DNA of 64,000 nucleotides from Eledone cirrhosa (GCA_964016885.1 OZ024743.1:130696001-130760000), one strand, 5' to 3'. Positions 50,701 to 63,480 are shown, counted from the first letter of the stretch. Translations and numbers: made by a program. Notes: generated from the letters alone by a model not told the origin.

Positions 50701-53700
50701 TTGGTGCTTGGTGTTTGGTGCTTGGTGTTTGATGCTGCGTGCTTGGTGTTTGGTGTTTGGTGCTTGGTGCTTGGTGTTTGGTGTTTGGAGCTTGGTGCCT
50801 GGTGCTTGTTGCTTGGTGTTTGGCGCTTGGTGCTTGGTTCCTGGTGTTTCGTGCTTGGTGCTTGGTGCTTGGTGTTTGGTGTTTGGTGCTTGGTGTTTGG
50901 TGTTTGGTACTTGGTGCTTGGTGCTTGGTGCTTGGTGTTTGGTGCTTGGTGTTTGATGCTGCGTGCTTGGTGTTTGGTGTTTGGTGCTTGGTGCTTGGTG
51001 TTTGGTGTTTGGAGCTTGGTGCCTGGTGCTTGTTGCTTGGTGTTTGGCGCTTGGTGCTTGGTGTTTGGTGTTTGGTGCTTGGTGCTTGGTGCTTGGTATC
51101 TGGTGTTTGGTGCTTGATGTTTGGTGTTTGGTGCTTGGTGTTTGGTGTTTGGTGCTTGGTGCTTGGTGTTTGGTGCTTGGTGCTTGGTGTTTTGTGTTTG
51201 GTGCTTGGTGTTTGGTGCTTGCTGTTTGGTGCTTGGTGCTTGGTATTTGGTGTTTGGTGCTTGGTGTTTGGTGCTTGGTGCTTGGTGCTGGGTGTTTGGT
51301 GCTTGGTGCTTGGTGTTTGGTGCTTGGTGCTTGGTGCTTGGTGCTTGGTGTTTGGTGCTTGGTGCTTGGTCTTTGGTGCTTGGGTTTTGGTGTTTGGTGC
51401 TTGGTGCTTGGTGTTTGGTGCTTGGTGCTTGGTGCTTGGTGTTTGGTGCTTGCTGCTTGGTGCTTGGTGTTTGGTGCTTAGTGCTTGGTGATTAGTGTTC
51501 GGTGATTGGTGCTTGGGGTTTGGTGTTTGGGGCTTGGTGTTTGGTGCTTAGTGCTTGCTGTTTGGTGTTTGGTGTTTGGTTCTTGGTGCTTGGTGTTTGG
51601 TGTTTGGTGTTTGGTGGTTGGTGCTTGGTGCTTGGTGTTTGGTGCTTGGTGCTTGGTGCTTGGTGTTTGGTGCTGCGTGCTTGGTGTTTGGTGTTTGGTG
51701 CTTGGTGCCTGGTGCTTGTTGTTTGGTGTTTCGTGCTTAGTGCTTGGTGTTTGGTGTTTGGTGCTTGGTGCTTGGTGGCTGGTGTTTGGTGCTTGGTGTT
51801 TGGAGTTTGGTGCTTGGTGCTTGGTGCCTGGTGTTTCGTGCTTGGTGCTTGGTGCTTGGTGTTTGGTGTTTGGTGCTTGGTGTTTGGTGTTTGGTACTTG
51901 GTGCTTGGTGCTTGGTGCTTGGTGTTTGGTGCTTGGTGTTTGATGCTGCGTGCTTGGTGTTTGGTGTTTGGTGCTTGGTGCTTGGTGTTTGGTGTTCGGA
52001 GCTTGGTGCCTGGTGCTTGTTGTTTGGTGTTTGGCTCTTGGTGCTTGGTGTTTGGTGTTTGGTGCTTTGTGCTTGGTGTTTGGTATCTGGTGTTTGGTGC
52101 TTGTTGTTTGGTGTTTGGTGCTTGGTGTTTGGTGTTTGGTGCTTGGTGCTTGGTGTTTGGTGCTTGGTGTTTGGTGTTTGGTGTTTGATGCTTGGTGTTT
52201 GCTGCTTGGTGCTTGGTGCTTGGTGTTTTGTGTTTGGTGCTTGGTGCTTGGTGCTTGGGGCCTGGTGCTTGGTGCTTGGTGCTTGTTGTTTGGTGCTTGG
52301 TGCTTGGTGATAAGTGTTTGGTGCTTGGTGCTTGCGGTTTGGTGTTTGGTGCTTGGGGTTTGGTGTTTGGTGCTTGGTGCTTGGTGTTTGGTGCTTGGTG
52401 CTTGGTGCTTGGTGTTTGGTGCTTTGTGCTTGGTGTTTGGTGCTTGGTGCTTGGTGTTTGGTGTTTGGCGTTTGCTGTTTGCTGTTTGGTGTTTGGTGCT
52501 TGCTCTTTGGTGCTTGGTGCTTGGTGTTTGGTGTTTGGTGTTTGGTGCTTGGTGCTTGGTGTTTGGTGCTTGGTGCTTGGTGCTGGGTGTTTGGTGCTTG
52601 GTGCTTGGTGTTTGGTGCTTGGTGCTTGGTGCTTGGTGTTTGGTCCTTGGTGCTTGGTGTTTGGTGCTTGGTTCTTGGTGCTTGGTGCGTGGTGTTTGGT
52701 GATTGCTGCTTGGTGCTTGGTGTTTGGTGCTTGGTGCTTGGTGATTAGTGTTTGGTGATTGGTGCTTGGTGTTTGGTGTTTGGTGCTTTGTGCTTGGTGC
52801 TTGGTATCTGGTGTTTGGTGCTTGATGTTTGGTGTTTGGTGCTTGGTGTTTGGTGTTTGGTGCTTGGTGCTTGGTGTTTGGTGCTTGGTGCTTGCTGTTT
52901 GGTGTTTGGTGTTTGGTTCTTGGTGCTTGGTGTTTGGTGTTTGGTGTCTGGTGCTTGGTGCTTGGTGCTTGGTGTTTGGTGCTTGGTGCTTGGTGCTTGG
53001 TGTTTGGTGCTGCGTGCTTGGTGTTTGGTGTTTGGTGCTTGGTGCCTGGTGCTTGTTGTTTGGTGTTTGGTGCTTGGTGCTTGGTGTTTGGTGTTTGGTG
53101 CTGGGTGCATGGAGTTTGGTGCTTGGTGCTTGTGCTTGGTGTTTGGTGTTTGGTGCTTGGTATTTGGTGTTTGGTGTTTGATGCTTGGTGTGTGGTGCTT
53201 GGTGCTTGGTGTTTTGTGTTTGGTGCTTGGTGCTTGGTGATTAGTGTTTGGTGCTTGGTGCTTGGTGTTTGGTGCTTGGTGTTTGGTGCTTGGTGCCTGG
53301 TGCTTGGTGTTCGGTGCTTGGTGCTTGGTGCTTGGTGCTTGGTGTTTGGTGTTTGGTGCTTGGTGCTTGGTGTTTGATGTTTGGTCCTTGGTGCTTGGTG
53401 TTTGGTGTTGTGTGCTTGGTGCTTGGTGCTTGATGTTTGGTGCTTGGTGCTTGGTGCTTGGTGTTTGGCGTTTGCTGTTTGCTGTTTGGTGTTTGGTGTT
53501 TGGTGTTTGGTGTTTGCTGTTTGGTGTTTGGTGTTTGGTGCTTGCTGTTTGGTGCTTGGTGCTTGGTGTTTGGTGTTAGGTGCTTGGTGTTTGGTGCTTG
53601 GTGCTTGGTGCTGAGTGTTTGGTGCTTGGTGCTTGGTGTTTGGTGCTTGGTGATTGTTGCTTGGTGTTTGGTCCTTGGTGCTTGGTGCTTGGTCTTTGGT

Positions 53701-54716
53701 GCTTGGGTTTTGGTGTTTGGTGCTTGGTGCTTGGTGTTTGGTGCTTGGTGCTTGGTGCTTGGTGCTTGGTGTTTGGTGCTTGCTGCTTGGTGCTTGGTGT
53801 TTGGTGCTTGGTGCTTGGTGATTAGTGTTTGGTGATTGGTGCTTGGGGTTTGGTGTTTGGGGCTTGGTGTTTGGTGCTTAGTGCTTGCTGTTTGGTGTTT
53901 GGTGTTTGGTTCTTGGTGCTTGGTGTTTGGTGTTTGGTGTTTGGTGCTTGGTGCTTGGTGCTTGGTGTTTGGTGCTTGGTGCTTGGTGTTTGGTGCTTGG
54001 TGCCTGGTGCTTGTTGTTTGGTGTTTGGTGCTTAGTGCTTGGTGTTTGGTGTTTGGTGCTTGGTGCTTGGTGGCTGGTGTTTGGTGCTTGGTGTTTGGAG
54101 TTTGGTGCTTGGTGCTTGGTGCCTGGTGTTTCGTGCTTGGTGCTTGGTGCTTGGTGTTTGGTGTTTGGTGCTTGGTGTTTGGTGTTTGGTACTTGGTGCT
54201 TGGTGCTTGGTGCTTGGTGTTTGGTGCTTGGTGTTTGATGCTGCGTGCTTGGTGTTTGGTGTTTGGTGCTTGGTGCTTGGTGTTTGGTGTTTGGAGCTTG
54301 GTGCCTGGTGCTTGTTGCTTGGTGTTTGGCGCTTGGTGCTTGGTTCCTGGTGTTTCGTGCTTGGTGCTTGGTGCTTGGTGTTTGGTGTTTGGTGCTTGGT
54401 GTTTGGTGTTTGGTACTTGGTGCTTGGTGCTTGGTGCTTGGTGTTTGGTGCTTGGTGTTTGATGCTGCGTGCTTGGTGTTTGGTGTTTGGTGCTTGGTGC
54501 TTGGTGTTTGGTGTTTGGAGCTTGGTGCCTGGTGCTTGTTGCTTGGTGTTTGGCGCTTGGTGCTTGGTGTTTGGTGTTTGGTGCTTGGTGCTTGGTGCTT
54601 GGTATCTGGTGTTTGGTGCTTGATGTTTGGTGTTTGGTGCTTGGTGTTTGGTGTTTGGTGCTTGGTGCTTGGTGTTTGGTGCTTGGTGCTTGGTGTTTTG
54701 TGTTTGGTGCTTGGTG
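47706..54716 (+). repeat. About 3.5-kb tandem duplication (~47706-51204 and ~51205-54716), each copy with a 224-bp internal duplication
   Basis: ORF offsets 3499 (48003/51502), 3555 (49197/52752) and 3506 (49875/53381, 50323/53829, 50739/54245). Internal pairs 50739/50963 and 54245/54469 have offset 224 = 32x7. Confidence 0.92.
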
Positions 54717-57700
54717 CTTGGTGCCTGGTGCTTGGTGCTTGGTGCTTGTTGTTTGGTGCTTGGTGCTTGGTGATTAGTGTTTGGTGCTTGGTGCTTGCGG
54801 TTTGGTGTTTGGTGCTTGGGGTTTGGTGCTTGGTGCTTGGTGCTTGGTGTTTGGTGCTTGGTGCTTGGTGTTTGGTGCTTGGTGCCTGGTGTTTGGTGTT
54901 TGGCGTTTGCTGTTTGCTGTTTGGTGTTTGGTGCTTGCTGCTTGGTGCTTGGTGCATGGTGTTTGGTGTTTGGTGTTTTGTGCTTGGTGCTTGGTGTTTG
55001 GTGCTTGGTGCTTGGTGCTGGGTGTTTGGTGCTTGGTGCTTGGTGTTTGGTGCTTGGTGCTTGGTGCTTGGTGTTTGGTCCTTGGTGCTTGGTGCTAAGT
55101 ATTTGGTGCTTGGGTTTTGGTGTTTGGTGCTTGGTGCTTGGTGTTTGGTGCTTGGTCTTGGTGCTTGGTGCTTGGTGTTTGGTGATTGCTGCTTGGTGCT
55201 TGGTGTTTGGTACTTGGTGCTTGGTGATTAGTGTTTGGTGATTGGTGCTTGGGGTTTGCTGTTTGGTGCTTGGTGTTTGGTGCTTGGTGCTTGCTGTTAG
55301 GTGTTTGGTGTTTGGTTCTTGGTGCTTGGTGTTTGGTGTTTGGTGTCTGGTGCTTGGTGCTTGGTGCTTGGTGTTTGGTGCTTGGTGCTTGGTGCTTGGT
55401 GTTTGGTGCTGCGTGCTTGGTGTTTGGTGTTTGGTGCTTGGTGCCTGGTGCTTGTTGTTTGGTGTTTGGTGCTTAGTGCTTGGTGTTTGGTGTTTGGTGC
55501 TTGGTGCTTGGTGGCTGGTCCTTGGTGCTTGGTGTTTGGAGTTTGGTGCTTGGTGCTTGGTGCCTGGTGTTTCGTGCTTGGTGCTTGGTGCTTGGTGTTT
55601 GGTGTTTGGGGATTGGTGTTTGGTGTTTGGTGCTGGGTGCATGGAGTTTGGTGCTTGGTGCTTAGTGCTTGGTGTTTGGTGTTTGGTGCTTGGTATTTGA
55701 TGCTTGGTGTGTGGTGCTTGGTGCTTGGTGTTTTGTGTTTGGTGCTTGGTGCTTGGTGCCTGGTGCTTGGTGCTTGGTGCTTGTTGTTTGGTGCTTGGTG
55801 CTTGATGATTAGTGTTTGGTGCTTGGTGCTTGGTGTTTGGTGCTTGGTGTTTGGTGCTTGGTGCCTGGTGCTTGGTGTTTGGTGTTTGGTGCTTGGTGTT
55901 TGGTGCTTGGTGTTTGGTACTTGGTGTTCGGTGCTTGGTGCTTGGTGCTTGGTGTTTGACGTTTGGTCCGTGGTGCTTGGTGTTTGGTGTTGTGTGCTTG
56001 GTGCTTGGTGCTTGCTGTTTGGTTTTTGGTGCTTGGTGTTTGGTGTTTGCTGTTTGGTGTTTGCTGTTTGGTGTTTGGTGTTTGGTGCTGGCTGTTTGGT
56101 GCTTGGTGCTTGGTATTTGGTGTTTGGTGCTTGGTGTTTGGTGCTTGGTGCTTGGTGCTGGGTGTTTGGTGCTTGGTGCTTGGTGTTCGGTGCTTGGTGC
56201 TTGGTGCTTGGTGCTTGGTGTTTGGTGCTTGGTGCTTGGTGTTTGGTGCTTGGGTTTTGGTGTTTGGTGCTTGGTGCTTGGTGTTTGGTGCTTGGTGCTT
56301 GGTGCTTGGTGTTTGGTGCTTGCTGCTTGGTGCTTGGTGTTTGGTGCTTAGTGCTTGGTGATTAGTGTTTGGTGATTGGTGCTTGGGGTTTGGTGTTTGG
56401 GGCTTGGTGTTTGGTGCTTAGTGCTTGCTGTTTGGTGTTTGGTATTTGGTTCTTGGTGCTTGGTGTTTGGTGTTTGGTGTTTGGTGGTTGGTGCTTGGTG
56501 CTTGGTGTTTGGTGCTTGGTGCTTGGTGCTTGGTGTTTGGTGCTGCGTGCTTGGTGTTTGGTGTTTGGTGCTTGGTGCCTGGTGCTTGTTGTTTGGTGTT
56601 TCGTGCTTAGTGCTTGGTGTTTGGTGTTTGGTGCTTGGTGCTTGGTGGCTGGTGTTTGGTGCTTGGTGTTTGGAGTTTGGTGCTTGGTGCTTGGTGCCTG
56701 GTGTTTCGTGCTTGGTGCTTGGTGCTTGGTGTTTGGTGTTTGCTGCTTGGTGTTTGGTGTTTGGTACTTGGTGCTTGGTGCTTGATGCTTGGTGTTTGGT
56801 GCTTGGTGTTTGATGCTGCGTGCTTGGTGTTTGGTGTTTGGTGCTTGGTGCTTGGTGTTTGGTGTTTGGAGCTTGGTGCCTGGTGCTTGTTGTTTGGTGT
56901 TTGGCTCTTGGTGCTTGGTGTTTGGTGTTTGGTGCTTTGTGCTTGGTGCTTGGTATCTGGTGTTTGGTGCTTGATGTTTGGTGTTTGGTGCTTGGTGTTT
57001 GGTGTTTGGTGCTTGGTGCTTGGTGTTTGGTGCTTGGTGTTTGGTGTTTGGTGTTTGATGCTTGGTGTTTGCTGCTTGGTGCTTGGTGCTTGGTGTTTTG
57101 TGTTTGGTGCTTGGTGCTTGGTGCTTGGTGCCTGGTGCTTGGTGCTTGGTGCTTGTTGTTTGGTGCTTGGTGCTTGGTGATAAGTGTTTGGTGCTTGGTG
57201 CTTGCGGTTTGGTGTTTGGTGCTTGGGGTTTGGTGTTTGGTGCTTGGTGCTTGGTGTTTGGTGCTTGGTGCTTGGTGCTTGGTGTTTGGTGCTTGGTGCT
57301 TGGTGTTTGGTGCTTGGTGCTTGGTGTTTGGTGTTTGGCGTTTGCTGTTTGCTGTTTGGTGTTTGGTGCTTGCTGTTTGGTGCTTGGTGCTTGGTGTTTG
57401 GTGTTTGGTGTTTGGTGCTTGGTGCTTGGTGTTTGGTGCTTGGTGCTTGGTGCTGGGTGTTTGGTGCTTGGTGCTTGGTGTTTGGTGCTTGGTGCTTGGT
57501 GCTTGGTGTTTGGTCCTTGGTGCTTGGTGTTTGGTGCTTGGTTCTTGGTGCTTGGTGCGTGGTGTTTGGTGATTGCTGCTTGGTGCTTGGTGTTTGGTGC
57601 TTGGTGCTTGGTGATTAGTGTTTGGTGATTGGTGCTTGGTGTTTGGTGTTTGGTGCTTTGTGCTTGGTGCTTGGTATCAGGTGTTTGGTGCTTGATGTTT

Positions 57701-57900
57701 GGTGTTTGGTGCTTGGTGTTTGGTGTTTGGTGCTTGGTGCTTGGTGTTTGGTGCTTGGTGCTTGCTGTTTGGTGTTTGGTGTTTGGTTCTTGGTGCTTGG
57801 TGTTTGGTGTTTGGTGTCTGGTGCTTGGTGCTTGGTGCTTGGTGTTTGGTGCTTGGTGCTTGGTGCTTGGTGTTTGGTGCTGCGTGCTTGGTGTTTGGTG
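54630..57900 (+). repeat. Non-adjacent copy of ~46260-49500 (offset about 8,369 bp)
   Basis: Matching ORFs 46407/54777, 46862/55231, 47443/55812, 48007/56376 and 48451/56820. Confidence 0.8.
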
Positions 57901-60900
57901 TTTGGTGCTTGGTGCCTGGTGCTTGTTGTTTGGTGTTTCGTGCTTAGTGCTTGGTGTTTGGTGTTTGGTGCTTGGTGCTTGGTGGCTGGTGCTTGGTGCT
58001 TGGTGTTTGGAGTTTGGTGCTTGGTGCTTGGTGCCTGGTGTTTCGTGCTTGGTGCTTGGTGCTTGGTGTTTGGTGTTTGGTGCTTGGTGTTTGGTGTTTG
58101 GTACTTGGTGCTTGGTGCTTGGTGCTTGGTGTTTGGTGCTTGGTGTTTGATGCTGCGTGCTTGGTGTTTGGTGTTTGGTGCTTGGTGCTTGGTGTTTGGT
58201 GTTTGGAGCTTGGTTCCTGCTGCTTGTTGTTTGGTGTTTGGTGCTTGGTGCTTGGTGTTTGGTGTTTGGTGCTTGGTGCTTGGTGCTTGGTATCTGGTGT
58301 TTGGTGCTTGATGTTTGGTGTTTGGTGCTTGGTGCTTGGTGCTTGGTGTTTGGTGTTTGGTGCTTGGTGCTTGGTGTTTGGTGCTTGGTGTTTGGTGTTT
58401 GGTGTTTGATGCTTGGTGTTTGCTGCTTGGTGCTTGGTGCTTGGTGTTTTGTGTTTGGTGCTTGGTGCCTGGTGCCTGGTGCTTGGTGCTTGGTGCTTGT
58501 TGTTTGGTGCTTGGTGCTTGGTGATTAGTGTTTGGTGCTTGGTGCTTGCGGTTTGATGTTTGGTGCTTGGGGTTTGGTGTTTGGTGCTTGGTGCTTGGTG
58601 TTTGGTGCTTGGTGCTTGGTGCTTGGTGTTTGGTGCTTGGTGCTTGGTGTTAGGTGTTTGGTGCTTGGTGCTTGGTGTTTGATGTTTGGTCCTTGGTGCT
58701 TGGTGTTTGGTGTTTGGTGCTTGGTGCTTGGTGTTTGGTGTTTGGTGCTTGCTGCTTGCTGCTTGGTGTTTGGTGCTTGGTGATTGGTGCTTGGTGTTTA
58801 ATGCCTGGTGCTTGCTGTTTGGTGTTTGGTGCTTGGTGCGTGGGACATAGTGTTTCGTGTTTGGTGCTTGGTGTTTGGTGATTGGTGTTTGGTGCTTGGT
58901 GTTTGGGGCTTGGTGTTCGGTGCTTGGTGCTTGGTGCTTGGGGCTTGGTGTTTGGTGTTTGGTGCTTGGTGCTTGGTGTTTGATCTTGGGTCCTTGGTGC
59001 TTGGTCTTTGGTGTTTGGTGCTTGGTGCTTGGTGTTTGGTGCTTGGTGCTTGGTGTTTGGTGTTTGGTGCTTGGTGCTTGGTGCTTGGGGCTTGGTGTTT
59101 GGTGCTTGGTGCTTGGTGTTTGGTGCTTGGTGCTTGGGGCTTGGTAGTTGGTGCTTGGTGCTTGGTGCCTGGTGTTTGGTGTTTGGTGTTTGGTGCTTGG
59201 TGTTTGGTGCTTGGTGCTGGGTGCTGGGTGGTTGGTGTTTGGTGCTTGGTGCTTGGTGTTTGGTGCTTGGTGCTTGGTGCTTGTTGTTTGGTGCTTGGTG
59301 CTTGGTGCTTGGTCTTTGGTGCATGGTGTTTGGTGTTTGGCGCTTGGTGCTTGGTGCTTGGTGTTTGGTGCTTGGTGCTTGGTGCTTGGTGTTTGGTGCT
59401 TGGTTCTTGGTGATTAGTGTTTGTTGCTTGCTGCTTGGTGTTTGGTGTTTGGTGTTTGCTGTTTGGTGTCTGCTTTTTGGTGTTTGGTGTTTGCTGTATG
59501 GTGTTTGCTGTTTCGTATTTGGTTTTTGCTGTTTGGTGTTTGGTGTTTGCTGTTTTGTGTTTGGTGTTTGGTGCTTGGTGCTTGGTGCTTGGTGTTTGGC
59601 GTTTGGTGCTTGGAGCTTGGTGTTTGGTGCTTGGTGCTTGGTGTTTGGTGTTTGGTGCTTGGTGCCTGGTGCTTGGTGTTTGGTGTTTGCTGCTTGGTGT
59701 CTGGTGTTTGGTGCTTGGTGTTTGGTGCTTGGTGCTTGGTGCTTGGTGCTTGGTGTTTGGTGTTTGGTGCTTGGTGATTGGTGTTTGGTGTTTGGTGCTG
59801 GGTGCATGGAGTTTGGTGCTTGGTGCTTAGTGCTTGGTGTTTGGTGTTTGGTGCTTGGTGCTTGGTGTTTTGTGTTTGGTGCTTGGTGCTTGGTGCTTGG
59901 TGCTTGGTGTTTGGTGCTTGCTGCTTGGTGCTTGGTGTTTGGTGCTTAGTGCTTGGTGATTAGTGTTTGGTGATTGGTGCTTGGGGTTTGGTGTTTGGGG
60001 CTTGGTGTTTGGTGCTTAGTGCTTGCTGTTTGGTGTTTGGTATTTGGTTCTTGGTGCTTGGTGTTTGGTGTTTGGTGTTTGGTGGTTGGTGCTTGGTGCT
60101 TGGTGTTTGGTGCTTGGTGCTTGGTGCTTGGTGTTTGGTGCTGCGTGCTTGGTGTTTGGTGTTTGGTGCTTGGTGCCTGGTGCTTGTTGTTTGGTGTTTC
60201 GTGCTTAGTGCTTGGTGTTTGGTGTTTGGTGCTTGGTGCTTGGTGGCTGGTGTTTGGTGCTTGGTGTTTGGAGTTTGGTGCTTGGTGCTTGGTGCCTGGT
60301 GTTTCGTGCTTGGTGCTTGGTGCTTGGTGTTTGGTGTTTGCTGCTTGGTGTTTGGTGTTTGGTACTTGGTGCTTGGTGCTTGATGCTTGGTGTTTGGTGC
60401 TTGGTGTTTGATGCTGCGTGCTTGGTGTTTGGTGTTTGGTGCTTGGTGCTTGGTGTTTGGTGTTTGGAGCTTGGTGCCTGGTGCTTGTTGTTTGGTGTTT
60501 GGCTCTTGGTGCTTGGTGTTTGGTGTTTGGTGCTTTGTGCTTGGTGCTTGGTATCTGGTGTTTGGTGCTTGATGTTTGGTGTTTGGTGCTTGGTGTTTGG
60601 TGTTTGGTGCTTGGTGCTTGGTGTTTGGTGCTTGGTGTTTGGTGTTTGGTGTTTGATGCTTGGTGTTTGCTGCTTGGTGCTTGGTGCTTGGTGTTTTGTG
60701 TTTGGTGCTTGGTGCTTGGTGCTTGGTGCCTGGTGCTTGGTGCTTGGTGCTTGTTGTTTGGTGCTTGGTGCTTGGTGATAAGTGTTTGGTGCTTGGTGCT
60801 TGCGGTTTGGTGTTTGGTGCTTGGGGTTTGGTGTTTGGTGCTTGGTGCTTGGTGTTTGGTGCTTGGTGCTTGGTGCTTGGTGTTTGGTGCTTGGTGCTTG

Positions 60901-63480
60901 GTGTTTGGTGCTTGGTGCTTGGTGTTTGGTGTTTGGCGTTTGCTGTTTGCTGTTTGGTGTTTGGTGCTTGCTGTTTGGTGCTTGGTGCTTGGTGTTTGGT
61001 GTTTGGTGTTTGGTGCTTGGTGCTTGGTGTTTGGTGCTTGGTGCTTGGTGCTGGGTGTTTGGTGCTTGGTGCTTGGTGTTTGGTGCTTGGTGCTTGGTGC
61101 TTGGTGTTTGGTCCTTGGTGCTTGGTGTTTGGTGCTTGGTTCTTGGTGCTTGGTGCGTGGTGTTTGGTGATTGCTGCTTGGTGCTTGGTGTTTGGTGCTT
61201 GGTGCTTGGTGATTAGTGTTTGGTGATTGGTGCTTGGTGTTTGGTGTTTGGTGCTTTGTGCTTGGTGCTTGGTATCAGGTGTTTGGTGCTTGATGTTTGG
61301 TGTTTGGTGCTTGGTGTTTGGTGTTTGGTGCTTGGTGCTTGGTGTTTGGTGCTTGGTGCTTGCTGTTTGGTGTTTGGTGTTTGGTTCTTGGTGCTTGGTG
61401 TTTGGTGTTTGGTGTCTGGTGCTTGGTGCTTGGTGCTTGGTGTTTGGTGCTTGGTGCTTGGTGCTTGGTGTTTGGTGCTGCGTGCTTGGTGTTTGGTGTT
61501 TGGTGCTTGGTGCCTGGTGCTTGTTGTTTGGTGTTTGGTGCTTAGTGCTTGGTGTTTGGTGTTTGGTGCTTGGTGCTTGGTGGCTGGTGCTTGGTGCTTG
61601 GTGTTTGGAGTTTGGTGCTTGGTGCTTGGTGCCTGGTGTTTCGTGCTTGGTGCTTGGTGCTTGGTGTTTGGTGTTTGGTGCTTGGTGTTTGGTGTTTGGT
61701 ACTTGGTGCTTGGTGCTTGGTGCTTGGTGTTTGGTGCTTGGTGTTTGATGCTGCGTGCTTGGTGTTTGGTGTTTGGTGCTTGGTGCTTGGTGTTTGGTGT
61801 TTGGAGCTTGGTTCCTGCTGCTTGTTGTTTGGTGTTTGGTGCTTGGTGCTTGGTGTTTGGTGTTTGGTGCTTGGTGCTTGGTGCTTGGTATCTGGTGTTT
61901 GGTGCTTGATGTTTGGTGTTTGGTGCTTGGTGCTTGGTGCTTGGTGTTTGGTGTTTGGTGCTTGGTGCTTGGTGTTTGGTGCTTGGTGTTTGGTGTTTGG
62001 TGTTTGATGCTTGGTGTTTGCTGCTTGGTGCTTGGTGCTTGGTGTTTTGTGTTTGGTGCTTGGTGCCTGGTGCCTGGTGCTTGGTGCTTGGTGCTTGTTG
62101 TTTGGTGCTTGGTGCTTGGTGATTAGTGTTTGGTGCTTGGTGCTTGCGGTTTGATGTTTGGTGCTTGGGGTTTGGTGTTTGGTGCTTGGTGCTTGGTGTT
62201 TGGTGCTTGGTGCTTGGTGCTTGGTGTTTGGTGCTTGGTGCTTGGTGCTAGGTGTTTGGTGCTTGGTGCTTGGTGTTTGATGTTTGGTCCTTGGTGCTTG
62301 GTGTTTGGTGTTTGGTGCTTGGTGCTTGGTGTTTGGTGTTTGGTGCTTGCTGCTTGCTGCTTGGTGTTTGGTGCTTGGTGATTGGTGCTTGGTGTTTAAT
62401 GCCTGGTGCTTGCTGTTTGGTGTTTGGTGCTTGGTGCGTGGGACATAGTGTTTCGTGTTTGGTGGTTGGTGTTTGGTGATTGGTGTTTGGTGCTTGGTGT
62501 TTGGGGCTTGGTGTTCGGTGCTTGGTGCTTGGTGCTTGGGGCTTGGTGTTTGGTGTTTGGTGCTTGGTGCTTGGTGTTTGATCTTGGGTCCTTGGTGCTT
62601 GGTCTTTGGTGTTTGGTGCTTGGTGCTTGGTGTTTGGTGCTTGGTGCTTGGTGTTTGGTGTTTGGTGCTTGGTGCTTGGTGCTTGGGGCTTGGTGTTTGG
62701 TGCTTGGTGCTTGGTGTTTGGTGCTTGGTGCTTGGGGCTTGGTAGTTGGTGCTTGGTGCTTGGTGCCTGGTGTTTGGTGTTTGGTGTTTGGTGCTTGGTG
62801 TTTGGTGCTTGGTGCTGGGTGCTGGGTGGTTGGTGTTTGGTGCTTGGTGCTTGGTGTTTGGTGCTTGGTGCTTGGTGCTTGTTGTTTGGTGCTTGGTGCT
62901 TGGTGCTTGGTCTTTGGTGCATGGTGTTTGGTGTTTGGCGCTTGGTGCTTGGTGCTTGGTGTTTGGTGCTTGGTGCTTGGTGCTTGGTGTTTGGTGCTTG
63001 GTTCTTGGTGATTAGTGTTTGTTGCTTGCTGCTTGGTGTTTGGTGTTTGGTGTTTGCTGTTTGGTGTCTGCTTTTTGGTGTTTGGTGTTTGCTGTATGGT
63101 GTTTGCTGTTTCGTATTTGGTTTTTGCTGTTTGGTGTTTGGTGTTTGCTGTTTTGTGTTTGGTGTTTGGTGCTTGGTGCTTGGTGCTTGGTGTTTGGCGT
63201 TTGGTGCTTGGAGCTTGGTGTTTGGTGCTTGGTGCTTGGTGTTTGGTGTTTGGTGCTTGGTGCCTGGTGCTTGGTGTTTGGTGTTTGCTGCTTGGTGTCT
63301 GGTGTTTGGTGCTTGGTGTTTGGTGCTTGGTGCTTGGTGCTTGGTGCTTGGTGTTTGGTGTTTGGTGCTTGGTGATTGGTGTTTGGTGTTTGGTGCTGGG
63401 TGCATGGAGTTTGGTGCTTGGTGCTTAGTGCTTGGTGTTTGGTGTTTGGTGCTTGGTGCTTGGTGTTTTGTGTTTGGTGC
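56285..63480 (+). repeat. 3,598-bp near-perfect tandem duplication (~56285-59882 and ~59883-63480)
   Basis: Constant offset 3598 = 514x7 for ORFs 56369/59967, 57184/60782, 58650/62248 and 59417/63015. Private variants GGTATCAGG, TTTAATGCC and GTGGGACATAG occur once in each copy. Confidence 0.95.
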
